DNA from: Heptranchias perlo
Lineage: Eukaryota
DNA length: 64,000 bases
Reading direction: 5' to 3'
Assembly (NCBI RefSeq): GCF_035084215.1
Contig: NC_090337.1
Span: 36,642,001-36,706,000, forward strand
Part shown: positions 51,690 through 64,000 of the stretch, in pieces
Layout of the letters: each line of letters begins with the position of its first letter
Numbering within the stretch: the first letter of the stretch is position 1
Made by a program: the position numbers and the translations under genes
The notes under the pieces: generated by a model
Seen by the model: only the letters and a program-made list of their open reading frames with translations
What the model was told of the DNA's origin: nothing
Database searches by the model: none

Positions 51690-54600
51690 TTCAGATGGCC
51701 TAGCAAGCCACTCAATTGTACAATCTCGCTAAAAAAAGTCATAATAAGAATAAAACCAGATGGACCACCCGGCATCGGACCACTAGGCACCAGACACGAC
51801 AAAGGCAAACCAAGCCCAATTGACCCTGCAAAGTCCTCCTCATTAACATCTGGGGACTTGTGCCAAAATTGGGAGAGCTGTCCCACAGACCAGTCAAGCA
51901 ACAGCTTGACATAGCCATACTTATAGAATCATACCTTTCAGCCAACGTCCCAGACTCTTCCATCACAATCCTTGGGTCTGTCCTGTCCCAATGGCAGGAG
52001 AGACCGACCAGAGGTGCCGGTACAGTGATATACAGTCTGGAGGGAGTGGCCCTGGGAGTCCTCAACATTGACTCTGGACCCCATGAAATCTCATGGCATC
52101 AGGTCAAACATGGGCAAGGAAACCTCCTGCTGATTACCACCTACCGTCCTCCCTCAGCTGATGAATCAGTCCTCCTCCATGTTGAGCACCACTTGGAGAA
52201 AGCACTGAGGGTAGCAAGGGCACAGAATGTACTCTGGGTGGGGGACTTCAATGTCCATCACCAAGAGTGGCTCGGTAGCACCACTACTGACCGAGCTGGC
52301 TGAGTCCTGAAGGACATAGCTGCCAGACTGGGCCTGTGGCAGGTGGTGAGCGAACCAACACGAGGGAAAAACCTACTTGACCTCGTCCTCACCAATCTAC
52401 CTGTCGCAGATGCATCTGTCCATGACAGTATTGGTAGGAGTGACCACCGCACAGTCCTCGTGGAGACGAAGTCTCGTCTTCGCACTGAGGACACCATCCA
52501 ACGTGTTGTGTGGCACTATCATCGTGCTAAATGGGATAGATTCAGAACAGATCTGGCAGCTCAAAACTGAACATCTATGAGCCATCAGCAGCAGCAGAAT
52601 TGTATTCCAGCACAATCTGTAACCTCATGGCCCGGCATATTCCTCACTCTACCATTACCAACAAGCCAGGGGATCAACCCTGGATCAATGAGGAGTGTAG
52701 AAGAGCATGCCAGGAGCAGCATCAGGTGCACCTAAAAATGAGGTGCCAACCAAGTGAAGCTACAACTCAGGACTACATGCATGCTAAACAGCAGAAGCAA
52801 CATGCTATAGACAGAGCTAAGCGATTCCACAACCAACGGATCAGATCAAAGTTCTGCAGTCCTGCCACATCCAGTCGTGAATGGTGGTGGACAATTAAAC
52901 AACTAACGGGAGGAGAAGGCTCTGTAAACGTCCCCATCCTCAATGATGGCGGAGTCCAGCACGTGAGTGCAAAAGACAAGGCTGAAGTGTTTGCAACCAT
53001 CTTCAGCCAGAAGTGCCGAGTGGAAGATCCATCTCGGCCCCCTCCCGATATCCCCACCATCACAGAAGCCAGTCTTCAGCCAATTTGATTCACTCCACGT
53101 GATATCAAGAAATGGTTGAGTGCACTGGATACAGCAAAAGCTATGGGCCACGACAACATCCCGGCTGTAGTGCTGAAGCCTTGTGCTCCAGAACTAGCTG
53201 CGCCTCTAGCCAAACTGTTCCAGCACAGCTACAACACTGGCATCGACCCGACAATGTGGAAAATTGCCCAGGTATGTCCTGTCCACAAAATGCAGGACAA
53301 ATCTAATTTGGCCAACTACCGCCCCATCAGTCTACTCTCAATCATCAGCAAAGTGATGGAAGGTGTTGTCGACAGTGCTATCAAGCGGCACTTACTCACC
53401 AATAACCTGCTCAACGATGCTCAGTTTGGGTTCCGCCAGGACCACTCGGCTCCAGACCTCATTACAGCCTTGGTCCAAACATGGACAAAAGAGCTGAATT
53501 CCAGAGGTGAGGTGACAGTAACTGCGCTTGACATCAAGGCAGCATTTGACTGAGTGTGGCACCAAGGAGCTCTAGTAAAATTGAAGTCAATGGGAATCAG
53601 GGGGAAAACTCTCCAGTGGCTGGAGTCATACCTAGCACAAAGGAAGATGGTAGTGGTTGTTGGAGGCCAATCATCTCAGCCCCAGGACATTGCTGCAGGC
53701 GTTCCTCAGGGCAGTGTCCTAGACCCAACCATCTTCAGCTGCTTCATCAATGACCTTCCCTCCATCATAAGGTCAGTAATGGGGATGTTCGCTGATGATT
53801 GCACAGTGTTCAGTTCCGTTCGCAACCCCTCAGATGATGAAGCAATCCGTGCCTGCATCAGCAAGACCTGGACAACACCCAGGCTTGGGCTGATAAGTGG
53901 CAAGTAACATTCGCGCCAGACAAGTGCCAGGCAATGACCATCTCCAACAAGAGAGAGTCTAACCATCTCCCCTTGACATTTAACGGCATTACCATTGCCG
54001 AATCCCCCACCATCAACATCCTGGAGGTCACCATTGACCAGAAACTTAACTGGACCAGCCGTATAAGTATTGTGGCTACCAGAGCAGGCCAGAGGCTGGG
54101 TATTCTGCGGCAAGTGACTCTCCTCCTGAATCCCCAAATTCTTTCCACCATCTACAAGGCACAAGTCAGAAGTGTGATGGAATACTCTCCACTTGCCTGG
54201 ATGAGTGCAGCTCCAACAACACTCAAGAAGCTCAACAACATCCAGGACAAAGCAGCCCGCTTGATTGGCACCCCATCCACCACCCTAAACATTCACTCCC
54301 TTCACCACCGGCGCACTGTGGCTGCAGTGTGTACCATCCACAGGATGCACTGCAGCAACTTGCCAAGGCTTCTTCGACAGCACCTCACAAACCCGTGACC
54401 TCTACCACCTAGAAGGATAAGGTCAGCAGGCACATTGGAACAACACCACCTGCACGTTCCCCTCCAAGTCATACACCATCCCAACTTGGAAATATATCGC
54501 CGTTCCTTCATCGTCGCTGGATCAAAATCCTGGAACTCCCTTCCTAACAGCACTGTGGGAGAACCTTCACCACATGGACTGCAGAGGTTCAAGAAGGAGG

Positions 54601-54692
54601 CTCACCACCACCTTCTCAAGGGCAATTAGGGATGGGCAATAAATGCTGGCCTTGCCAGCGACCCCCACATCCCATGAACGAATAAAAAAAAA
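51690..54692 (+). mobile_element. CR1-clade LINE with full-length but disrupted EN-RT ORF
   Basis: NIWGL..K, ESYL, TYRPPS, GDFNVHH, PTRG...LDL, SDH; YRPISLLS, QFGFR, ALDIKAAFD, GVPQGSVL, FADD; A-tail; at least 5 stops plus frameshifts. Confidence 0.9.
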
Positions 54693-57346
54693 TTCCATGT
54701 GGACCCGCATCTTATATTTTGCAAATATCAGAGTCCCGCAAAAATTGAGCATCGTGGTTTGTTTAAAAATTCCAGAGGTCCTTCATCACCACGCTGTACT
54801 ATATTGCAGCACAGATTCACTTCCTAATTGACTTCCACCACTTCCTGCAGCCACAATGCATCTTCTCTTTAAGAGGTGCAGGCTGCCTTTAGGTGGCGCT
54901 AGCCACAGGCGATATCTGGGCTCCCTGTTGGTCGCGCTGGCAGCATGTAGCAATCAGGTAAATCACTCGGCAGCACAAATGTTATGTGCTGCCTGCATCT
55001 CAATGACCAGCCGTGGGTTAATCGCGCACGGCAACCCCTGTGCACGGTTTCAGGGGTTATCCAATATAATCCCCAGTATGTTTAATTTTAACATTGTGCA
55101 GCACTCTGACAAAATACCAGTTAAGATTTTTGCCTCACACTGTTTAAGTTCCAAGTTCAGATCCAAGTTTGGGTGGCACTTGAACCTGGCAAATTCACTT
55201 TGTGGATTTAAATATTAATCTGTTTGTCTCAGCTCACTGAAAGTGAGACAATGTTTCAAACCACAGAATACATTGGCATTGCAGCTACTTAGCCTGTTGT
55301 TTGATCACATCACCTCAGGCAGTTGGAAAGACGTGTTGAAGAGAACAATTAGGATGGAGTTGAGGAAGTTAGTGGTGAGGGGTAGATTTTATGAATTAGC
55401 ATTCTCGGCACAGAATTTCAAACAACATGAATACATATTAGGAATTTGGGCATGGAGGTCAGCATGTTCCCTGTGATTTTCCATCCATTAATTTTAATCT
55501 TAGTAGACGGAAAATCGTGCTGGGCACACTGACCTCCATATCCAAATTCACAATATTTACTCCTGTCTCTCAAAGCTCTGAGCTAGGAGTGTGAATTCAT
55601 AAAAACTAGTGGGAACTGAAGCTACTGGGAATTAAAGCAGCTTTGGGGAAGAAAATATAAGGGACACTACTATAACTCTGGCTTGTAGTCTGGCGTTACA
55701 AGTGTGAAAATCTTTTTTTTCTACATTTCTGATCTGTTACAAAGGGAGATAATTGCTACTTTACGTAGTGATCTGACCTGGAAGTGAGAAACGGTAAAGA
55801 AATGGCCAATACCCAAGTCATTTCTTCTGTTGATTTACATTTCCTATAAATTAGACTGAAAATCCTGGAACGCATTTAACTCTTGCCCCTTTAGGGCCAT
55901 TAAATACAGCTCAGAATAGAGGCTTAGATTAACATACAATAGCATTTGCACAGCAGACCATCCAAAACTGCAAAAGAATAAAAAAAAGCGACCTCTGAAA
56001 AGAAAAAAAACTACTAAATTGAAATGAAAATAGAAAGTGCTTCAAAACCACACAGCAAAATCAGCGTCTGAAAACACAGGGTGATTCAAAAGGAAAACAC
56101 ATTCTTTTGACTCTTTTGCCTTATGATCCGTGTTGATTTGTCCTCGAAGTTCAATGATTTATCACCAAATCTCATATGTTAAGTACTGACATAATAAATA
56201 TTTTGGGTGGATCAGAGAGGATTAATATTTGGTGCTTAAGCTCTGCAAGAATTAATTTCATAATGATTACCTATTTCATTAAAAATAGAGAACGCCTGCA
56301 ACATAAGAATCTCTTTGCCTGCCATTTTATCATTGTCAAGTTGTAAGAATTGAATAATAATGAAGTTATTAGGTAATAACACTGCAAAAAAGACATTAAA
56401 AATTGAACTAACTGCAATATGGTGATCACCCAGTTCTGTCTCACATTCGATTCTTTCCTCATTTGTAAAATCCCAGTGGCGCTTAACTCACCAGTTTGCA
56501 AATTGGTCTATCCCAAAATCTAATAAACTAAGGAGTCTGGAATAGAACTACTGCTACATTAAGCATAAGAGAGCTGACCAAAATGACCCCAGAGAACAGG
56601 CCTGCAATTTCCCGAGTTATGTCTTTCTTATTCCCTCATTTGTTACGTTTTAGAACATCAATTTTTTTTTATTGTCGCCTTTTTGTTCTGTACGAATGGT
56701 CACCACATTCTAATGAATACTCCGTTTTGAGAAATGAGCTTTTTCCAATATGTTGCCTAAGGGCTGTAGAATACATTAGATATTGTGAAGTCAGAATCTG
56801 AAATTCAGGATCCATCAGGCACATCAACAACACCAGTCTGAATTCGTGCCCTATACCATACAAAACAATAACATAAAACTCTCAGATGTTTGTTTCAAAA
56901 TATGCATAAAACCAATTAAGTGGCATTTAGATTCTATCAACTACTATAAAAAGCCCAATTAAATTTGAAATCCTTTTTTCTGACACGGGTTATGCCTTTT
57001 TAAAGTAAATTATAGTAATGAGGCTGTGATCTAATTATATATTTTGCAGAAAAATGTTCTCTATTGAACAAAGAAGTCTAAAAGGCTCTGACACCATATG
57101 AGGAGGGGAAGGGGGAAGGTTTATAAACAAAATTTTCACAAATTGCTAAGTTTATTAACACTGTGGAAAATCCTACCCTGTTATAGTTGTGCCTTGATGC
57201 TTAGCAACACACTGGACATGGTAATTGGCATCATCTTTGGCTGAGCCATTCGACCAAGAACAAAGTGAATAAAATAGTCATGTTATCTGACCGAAAAGGA
57301 AAGGAGCATTATTCTTCCATTGATCCCAAAATGATGGATAGGAAAG

Positions 57347-57815
57347 GGTAGAAGTTGGACCTCAGTGGACCCATTTTATGGGTGTACAATGGGTGCAATA
57401 AGACACAATTTCTGGGACCAACATCATGCACCCCAAGGACGCCTGATAAATATCTCAAAATTGGGTTGGGCCATTTTTCAGGTGCCCCTGCCGGCCAACT
57501 AAAACAGGCATAACGTTACTCAAATATCTAAATGAAGGGCCTAACAACTGTTTCAGGTCCCCTCACAGAAAATCGATTGCAATGAACAGGGCAGGTGTCG
57601 GGTCTGCCCCACTCAAGATTCTTAAGTAGCGGTCGCCAACTAAAAATAAAGTTTTAAGATTTAAAAGAAAAATCTTCCTGTGGAGCCTGGAGGAGCAGAA
57701 GTGCTCCCCTGATTCCACAGTCTTCGCGATTGCTCTCTTCCCCCCCCTGCCACCACCCCCCAACCCCGTTGCCCGCTGCAACTCCCCGTCCTGGGACTTA
57801 CCTTCGGGCCGCTGA
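57347..57815. mobile_element. MITE (left part)
   Basis: Starts GGGTAGAAGTTGG; core 'gtggagcctggaggagcagaagtgctcc' and 'ggacttacct' as in other MITEs. Confidence 0.6.
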
Positions 57816-58923
57816 AAAACAGAATTTTTTTTTTACTTGGACCATACAGACAACCAAATTACTGCTACTGGAGAAAATTCTGCTGAAAGTTCGAAAAACC
57901 ATGCTCAAATCTTTGTGATGCTTTATTGTAAATGGCATACTGGGAAACAGCTTTCAAACAACATGGAAAGCATTGCTATTGCAACACTAATTTACCTACA
58001 GTTTACAAAATATGAAAGCACCTCAGGGACTTTGTCGATTTTGGTGTGTTTTCTGCATTTTTCCTGACACGCTCTCAAGTCACCTTGGAGAGTACTAATG
58101 GGGGATCAATGCTTCTCACAAAAGAAAAAATCTCCTGTAATAAAAAGGTTGATGCATAATTTTGCAGAGAATGAAATAGGTCTCAAGGAAGCAAGAGAAA
58201 CAAAAAAAAGATAAAAGTGAGGTAGTGACAAGTTTCAGTTTTAATCACCTTGGGCTTGACGTTTTTTTGTTTTGAAAATCGGAGAGATGCCCATTTTTCA
58301 TCCTGATTAAAAAAAACTTAATATAATCAGAGAATCGATTTAATTAGCAGGATCAAAAAACTAACAGCCAATCACAAGGCATCTGTAATAATGACTCTCT
58401 TATGCTTCTTAAGCAGCTAACAAGCCACTAAACCAATTTAAACATTCATTGATCCAGTTGTGAAATGCAAACTTTGTGCAAAATGGCTCAATGACAATTG
58501 AGAAAAGTCCAGTTTGTTGACTAGGTGGTGGATATGGTGGTGAGAAACACCAGCAGATTTTTGGTGGGGAGAATAATCCCTAAATATTGTAAGGCACTGG
58601 CATGCTGAAAGAGTCAGTGTAGTCTCAACTTCAAGGAAGACTGGGCTGGAGATCCAGAAGAAGTTGAATAACTTGAAGAAGAGCACAAAGATAAGGTAAG
58701 AATAGTGCTTTTAAGTAGCAGCACAGAACATATATGGACATGAAGGAAAGTTGCACTTATTAAAGATATTTGAGGGACGTTATGCCTGTTTTAGTTGGCC
58801 GGCAGGGGCACCTGAAAAATGGCCCGACCCAATTTTGAGATATTTATCAGGTGTCCTTGGGGTGCATGTTGTTGGTCCCAGATATTGTGTCTTATTGCAC
58901 CCATTGTACACCCATAAAATGGG
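57370..58923. repeat. 160-bp inverted repeat pair (57370-57529 / 58764-58923)
   Basis: Manual alignment gives 6 mismatches in 160 bp and no gaps; spacer about 1.23 kb. Confidence 0.92.
58483..58695 (+). pseudogene. Myb/SANT-like exon remnant of a distinct Harbinger family
   Basis: MAQ*QLRKVQF...; AERVSVVSTSRKTGLEIQKKLNNLKKSTK followed by a GTAAG donor. Confidence 0.55.
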
Positions 58924-58929
58924 GGGGGG

Positions 58930-61800
58930 GTGTGGAAAGCAACTGCTACAGAGAAATATTTGCAAGGTTCTAGCTATAATGGTTTAGAAGGGAAAACAGC
59001 AGCAACCGTGAATAGAGAAGTCTACATCTCCATTAATGTGCAGCCAGTGGCCGATCACAAGAACATAATCATACAGGTTTGTGCAAGGTACTCATGGAGC
59101 TGCAATGATGCATTTATCCTGAGACAGTCTGCCATCCCCCCCAAAACGTGTCAGGATGGCTCCTGGGGTCAAGATGAGGTTCATGACCGCTGCACAACCC
59201 CACTACACCTCAGGGACACAGATAATAATAGAGGCCACGGGGACCACCAGGATCATCACTGAACACAGCAGAGGGATGATGAAGATGTTCAAGTGTCTGG
59301 ACCAGTCAGGGGGCTCCCTACAATATGTCTCAGATAGAGTCTCCTGCACTGTTGTGGTGTGCTGCATAATCTCACGTTGAAGAGAGGCCTGCATTTGGAG
59401 GAGGCAGAGCAGCAGCAGCAGTCCTCATCGTACAAGGGAGATCGGGGAAGGAGAGTAAGCAGAGGAAGAGGGAGGGCCACCTCAATGCTTTGCAACAAGA
59501 GATGAGTTAATTGCTCAGCAATTCCACTTTCCTGCTCATTCCCCTTCCCTCAAAACTTACACAGAGTCCCTCTGCTTAACAGTCCTTGTTACATCGTTCA
59601 CCACTCCATTCATCCTGTTCTAAGGAACATTCAAACCACTCAGACAACTTCTATATTAATGACACTGTGACAATGCAGACTCATAAGCTGCCTTTTAACC
59701 ACACTGCAGACCAAAGTGCCAAAGTGATCAAAGTGGAAGACTGCTGTTCCTCATGGTGGGACCCTTGTGTTGCTCATGGCCATTGACTTCTGGGTGCTCA
59801 AGCCTGCGAAGGCCTGGCCCAGCTGACTTGCTAGCACCATGCCGGCTATTAGTTGAGGGGGTGCCGAGAGACAGATTGAGAGAGAGGCCAACACTTACTG
59901 CTGCCATCGCACCACGAGCACTTGGTTGGGTTTGGGGCTCATCACTTCCACTATTCTGCAGGAGAGCAAGCTGCAGGAGATGAGTGACTCTTTCAAAACC
60001 CCGATCAATTTGGTCCACCAATCTGTCCAAGGTTGATACCAGTCTCTCCAATGTGGACAGACAGCACAGATTTGAGTGCAGAGTGTACATAGCAGCCATT
60101 TGAGCTTCCACCAAAGCTGAAAAGCATACCAGAATGACTGCTGTTGTGAGGGCTTGGCTGCAGCGTCCCTGCGATGACCAGACTCTCCAGAGTAGACTGC
60201 AGAGTGCTGCTGCCAAGTGAGATGACGCCACAGAGGCTGGAAGTGGACTTCTCCATACTATCAGCCATAGTTCTGAAACTCTTTGGCAGGCCTTGGTATA
60301 ACTGCTTTTGTGAGGCAAGCACCTTTCTTTTCATGCCCACAAAGTCCTCATCTCTGTCCTCCTCAGCTGAGCTGGGAGAGAACCTCGCCCTTCGGTGGGT
60401 TGTCTGCTGTGCTTTCTCTGCCAGCAGTACCTGTTGCTGCTCCTCGTACTGGGGGTTCCACCACTTGCAGACCACTCTGGCTCACGATCTGTCGCACTCA
60501 GAGTGCCAATGTCCTTGTTGGTGCCTGGGAGGGATGGAACGAGTGACAATGCTTCCGCAGGAGGATTGTCCTCCTCCGAGGTGTCTTGCTGTGCAGGAGT
60601 TTCTTGCTGCTCAGAAGGACCTGGAAGAAAGAGAAAAGGGACAAGAGTTAGGATGACAGGTAGAAGCGAGACATTTGCAGGTGAAAGTCTTGAGAATAGA
60701 GCTCAAAGTTGTGAAATTTGCTGCATATTTGCTGAGGTTGATGGAGTTACAAGTAATATGCAGACACCCTGATGAGATAAGCTGCCAGCCTTGCCTTCCC
60801 TAATGCTGCTGGCTTTGCCTGGGCCACTGATCTCCAGGGCATCCTGCTCTGCTTGGATGAGTGTGATGATGTTGTCGACTCCTTCCCTCTGCTTCACGTT
60901 ACGCGCTGCCTTGTCCTGAAAGAGAGTTAGCGTGTGGCTGTTGAAAAGGTAAATGGAGATGTGTAAGGCTTGTGCATATAGTGTATGTGGTTAGAAGTGG
61001 AGAAGAAGCAAGATGGTATGAGAATGGGAAGGTGATGAATGTAAAGGGAAGTGTGTGCAATGTGAAGTGAGGAAGGATTGGTGGGAAGAGTTGGTTGTTG
61101 TGCAAATGGTAGTACATGAGTTGAGAATGTGTGTGGTGCGAAGAGGAAAGTAAGAGGTGAGTACGTTTGGAATGAAAAAGGGAGGTGCAACCTTGTGATT
61201 GTATACTGAAGGATGTGATGGAGGGAAGGAATTGTTCGGAGTTATGGGGGAAGGGTATAAAGAGTGTTGTGTGGTGTTATTGACAGAGGTAGAGAGATGA
61301 AGACCTGTACTTACCCTTGCTGCTCTTGTGCACCTCTTTCTGCATTGAATCCAGGTCCTGGGGCTGATGCTGGTGGTACTGACCCTTTCAGCCACCTCTG
61401 TCCAGATCAATTTCATTATGGCCTTGGATACGCTTTTCCGACTTCTTCTTGCCCTCACTTCCTCCACTAGGACCTCCACTGAGACATCTGAAAAGTGTGG
61501 GGCAGCCCTTTCACTCATCTATCTTGCCAAAAAGTCTTCTAGAGTTGTACAAGTAAAAATGCTTTAAGAAGTGCATCCCCACATTAAGTAGGCTTCAGGA
61601 GTTGCGCTGGAAATTGCGCATGTCATGTGGGTGGGCTGCCCAATTCGTGACACGATCGGGAAGACAGCCTGTCAATCGTATTAAAACAAGGCCTGGCCAT
61701 TAAAATGGCCTGGGCTTCATGCCAAAAACAACATATGGGCTTGCCGCCCATCCCCACACGCCACACCCCCGATTCACACGTTGAGTTTAAAATCAGAGTT
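58930..61800. mobile_element. Decayed PIF/Harbinger transposon (transposase on +, three-exon Myb/SANT gene on -)
   Basis: Transposase NREVYISINVQPVADH..II.VCARYSWSCNDAFILRQS and FKCLDQSGGSLQY. Myb exon 61518-61315 (RAAPHFSD.SVEVLVEEV...WTEVAERVS...RTWIQCRKR|GTAAGT); acceptors at 60915 and 60620. Confidence 0.82.
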
Positions 61801-62549
61801 AACATGTGCAAGTGAATGATGAGACTTTGAATTCTGATTAGCCAACAAGATAGCCAGACTCTCACATACTTGTCATATATTTACTATCTGATAAATTCAC
61901 ATCGGCTTAAATGATAAAACCCAGTTAGTATGAATGGTAGGTGGTCCTACGATCTACAGGTAAGGAGTCAGCCGTGTAAGTTTCAGTACAGAGGAATATG
62001 ATTTTTTTGGAGCACTGTTCCTGCACAGCAGCTTACTTATAGCCATGGAACTAATTACATTTTAATTTTGTGACTCCCTCTCAATTTCTCAATATTTGTA
62101 AAACATAATCAAGGCTAAGGTCCATGGAATAACAATCTTACCTGCATCACTGCTCTCACTCTAGTTGTTGCCCTGTATCTCAAGTCTTGAGTGCAGACGG
62201 TTCAGTATAATCACGTGGGAGTGGCAGCATGACACAAATGATGTTGCATGATAATGACATTTTCAAAAAATATTAACAACTAGAAATTTAAAATGATATT
62301 GGGGCTTATCAGGTTCTAATATATTTTTCCTTAACTTTCCTAAGTCGGGTTATTTTCAATAGGAGCTAATTAAATCTGGGGTTGGTTAGAGGAAGTTGGT
62401 GTAATACATCAAACTTCATAAATGTCCTCATTACAAATATTAAAAAGTAAAATAAGTTATTTAAAAAAAATAAAAGAATAGTATACCTGGAAGTTCGTAT
62501 TGGGGGACAGTTCACTGTGAACAGTCCTGTCTGACAATTTTTTTAAAAA

Positions 62550-64000
62550 TTGGATAAAGGCAATGCAGTAGATGTGGTGTATATGGGATTTCAAAAGGCT
62601 ATTTTAAATCTTGTCTTGTGTAATGAGACAGGGTTAATTAGTAATCTCATCGTATGAGATCCTCTGGGGCAGAGTAATCATAATATGATAGAATTTCACA
62701 TTGAATTCGAGAGTGATTAAGTTTGGAACTAGAGTCTTAAACTTAAACAAAGCCAATTACATAGATATGAGGGGTGAGTTGGTGAAGGTTGATTGGGAGA
62801 TTAGATTAAAAGATATGATGGTAGATAAGCATTGGTGAACATTTAAATAAATATTTCATAATTCTCAACGAATATAAATTCCATGGAGGAATAAAAACTT
62901 CACGGAAAAAGCGATCCATCCGTGGCCAACTAAAGAAGTTAAGGATAATATTAGATTTAAAAAAGAGGCTTATAATGTTGCCAAGAAGAGTAGTAAGCCT
63001 GAGAATTGGAAGGGTTTTAGAAATCAGCAAAGGATGTCCAAAAAATTGATACGAGGGAGAAAGTGGAATATGAGAATAAACAAGCAAGAAATATAAAAAC
63101 AGACTGTAAGAACTTTTACAAGAGTTTAAAAAGGAAGAGAGTAGAAGTAGAAGACAAAGCAGAAAACACAAAAAAATACCAGAAATAGTGGAGAACCAAG
63201 GGTTTAATGAGAGTGAGGAACTTAAAGTAATTAAGATTAGTAAAGAAAAAGTACTGGAGAAATTAATGGGACTAAAAGCTGACATATCCCCGAACCTGAT
63301 GGGCTACATTCTAGGGTTCTAAAAGAGGTGGCTGCAGAGATAGTGGATGCAGGATCATTGGTTGTGATCTTCCAAAATTCCCTAGATTCTAGAACTGTCC
63401 CAATGGATTGAAAGGTAGCAAAAGTAACACAGCTAGTCAAGAAAGGTGGGAGAGAGAAAACAGGGAACTACAGGCCAGTTAGCTTGACATCGGTCGTCGG
63501 GAAAATGCTGGAATCTATTATTAAGGATGTGGTAACAGAGCACTGAGAAAATCGTAATACGATTAGGCAGAGTCAACATGGTTTTACGAAAGGGAAATCA
63601 TGTTTGACAAATTTATTAGAGTATTTTGAGGATGTAACTAGTAGGGTAGATAAAGGGGAACCAGTGGATGTAGTATATTTGGATTTTCAAAAGGCATTCG
63701 ATAAGGTGCCACACGAAAGGTTGTTACACAAGATAAGGGCTCATGAGATTGGGGGTAATATATTAGTATGGATGGAGGATTGGTTAACGGACAGAAAACA
63801 GAGAGAAGGAATAAATGGGTCATTTTCAGTTTGGCAAACTGTTACTAGTGAGGTGCCACAAGGATCAGTGCTGGGGCCTCAGCTATTTACAATCTATATT
63901 AATGACTTAGATGAAGGGACCGAGTGCAATGTATCCAAGTTTGCTGACGATACAAAGCTAGGTGGGAAAGTAAGCTGTGGGGAGAACACTAAGGGCTCGA
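62550..64000 (+). mobile_element. CR1 ORF2 fragment (subfamily of 27521-30505), running off the window end
   Basis: [55 protein letters not shown]; many stops. Confidence 0.9.

Larger units (their letters stand above)
50369..55073 (-). mobile_element. Myb-only non-autonomous Harbinger (family of 10371-11705), interrupted by two LINE insertions
   Basis: 50369-50512, 50826-51689 and 54693-55073 are colinear with 10371-11435 in reverse; TIR GGGGATTATATTGG; Myb remnant HWEA...VNARRIAPQTWMQRRKKFN. Confidence 0.8.

Noticed and set aside
58930-61518. Domesticated functional HARBI1/NAIF1-type genes
   Set aside because: Multiple frameshifts, deletions and degenerate catalytic motifs indicate neutral decay.

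Overview
Vertebrate genomic DNA, most likely from a cartilaginous fish (inferred from the repeat landscape). The only host gene is neuroligin-1 (NLGN1) on the minus strand. Three coding exons are present: 22604-22392 (including the 27-nt splice insert B), 19333-18544 and 17566-16741, followed by a long AT-rich 3'UTR. Everything above 22604 appears to be part of one large intron. The rest of the window is transposon-derived: a near-intact CR1 LINE (37316-41754) with eight 68-bp CpG-rich 5' monomers, an SGNH-esterase ORF1 and a TAATG-coupled ORF2; several decayed CR1, L2, Tx1 and other CR1-clade LINEs; two decayed two-gene Harbinger transposons with Myb-only derivatives and many MITEs; and Deu- and LF-type SINE relics. 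I found no clearly new multi-gene system. The best leads are the monomer-array CR1, the UGCAUG (RBFOX) cluster beside splice site B with a possible poison exon, loss of the T739 CaMKII site, and two high-identity inverted repeats. Exon coordinates were read base by base. Most repeat boundaries are approximate, and family names come from remembered motifs rather than database searches.
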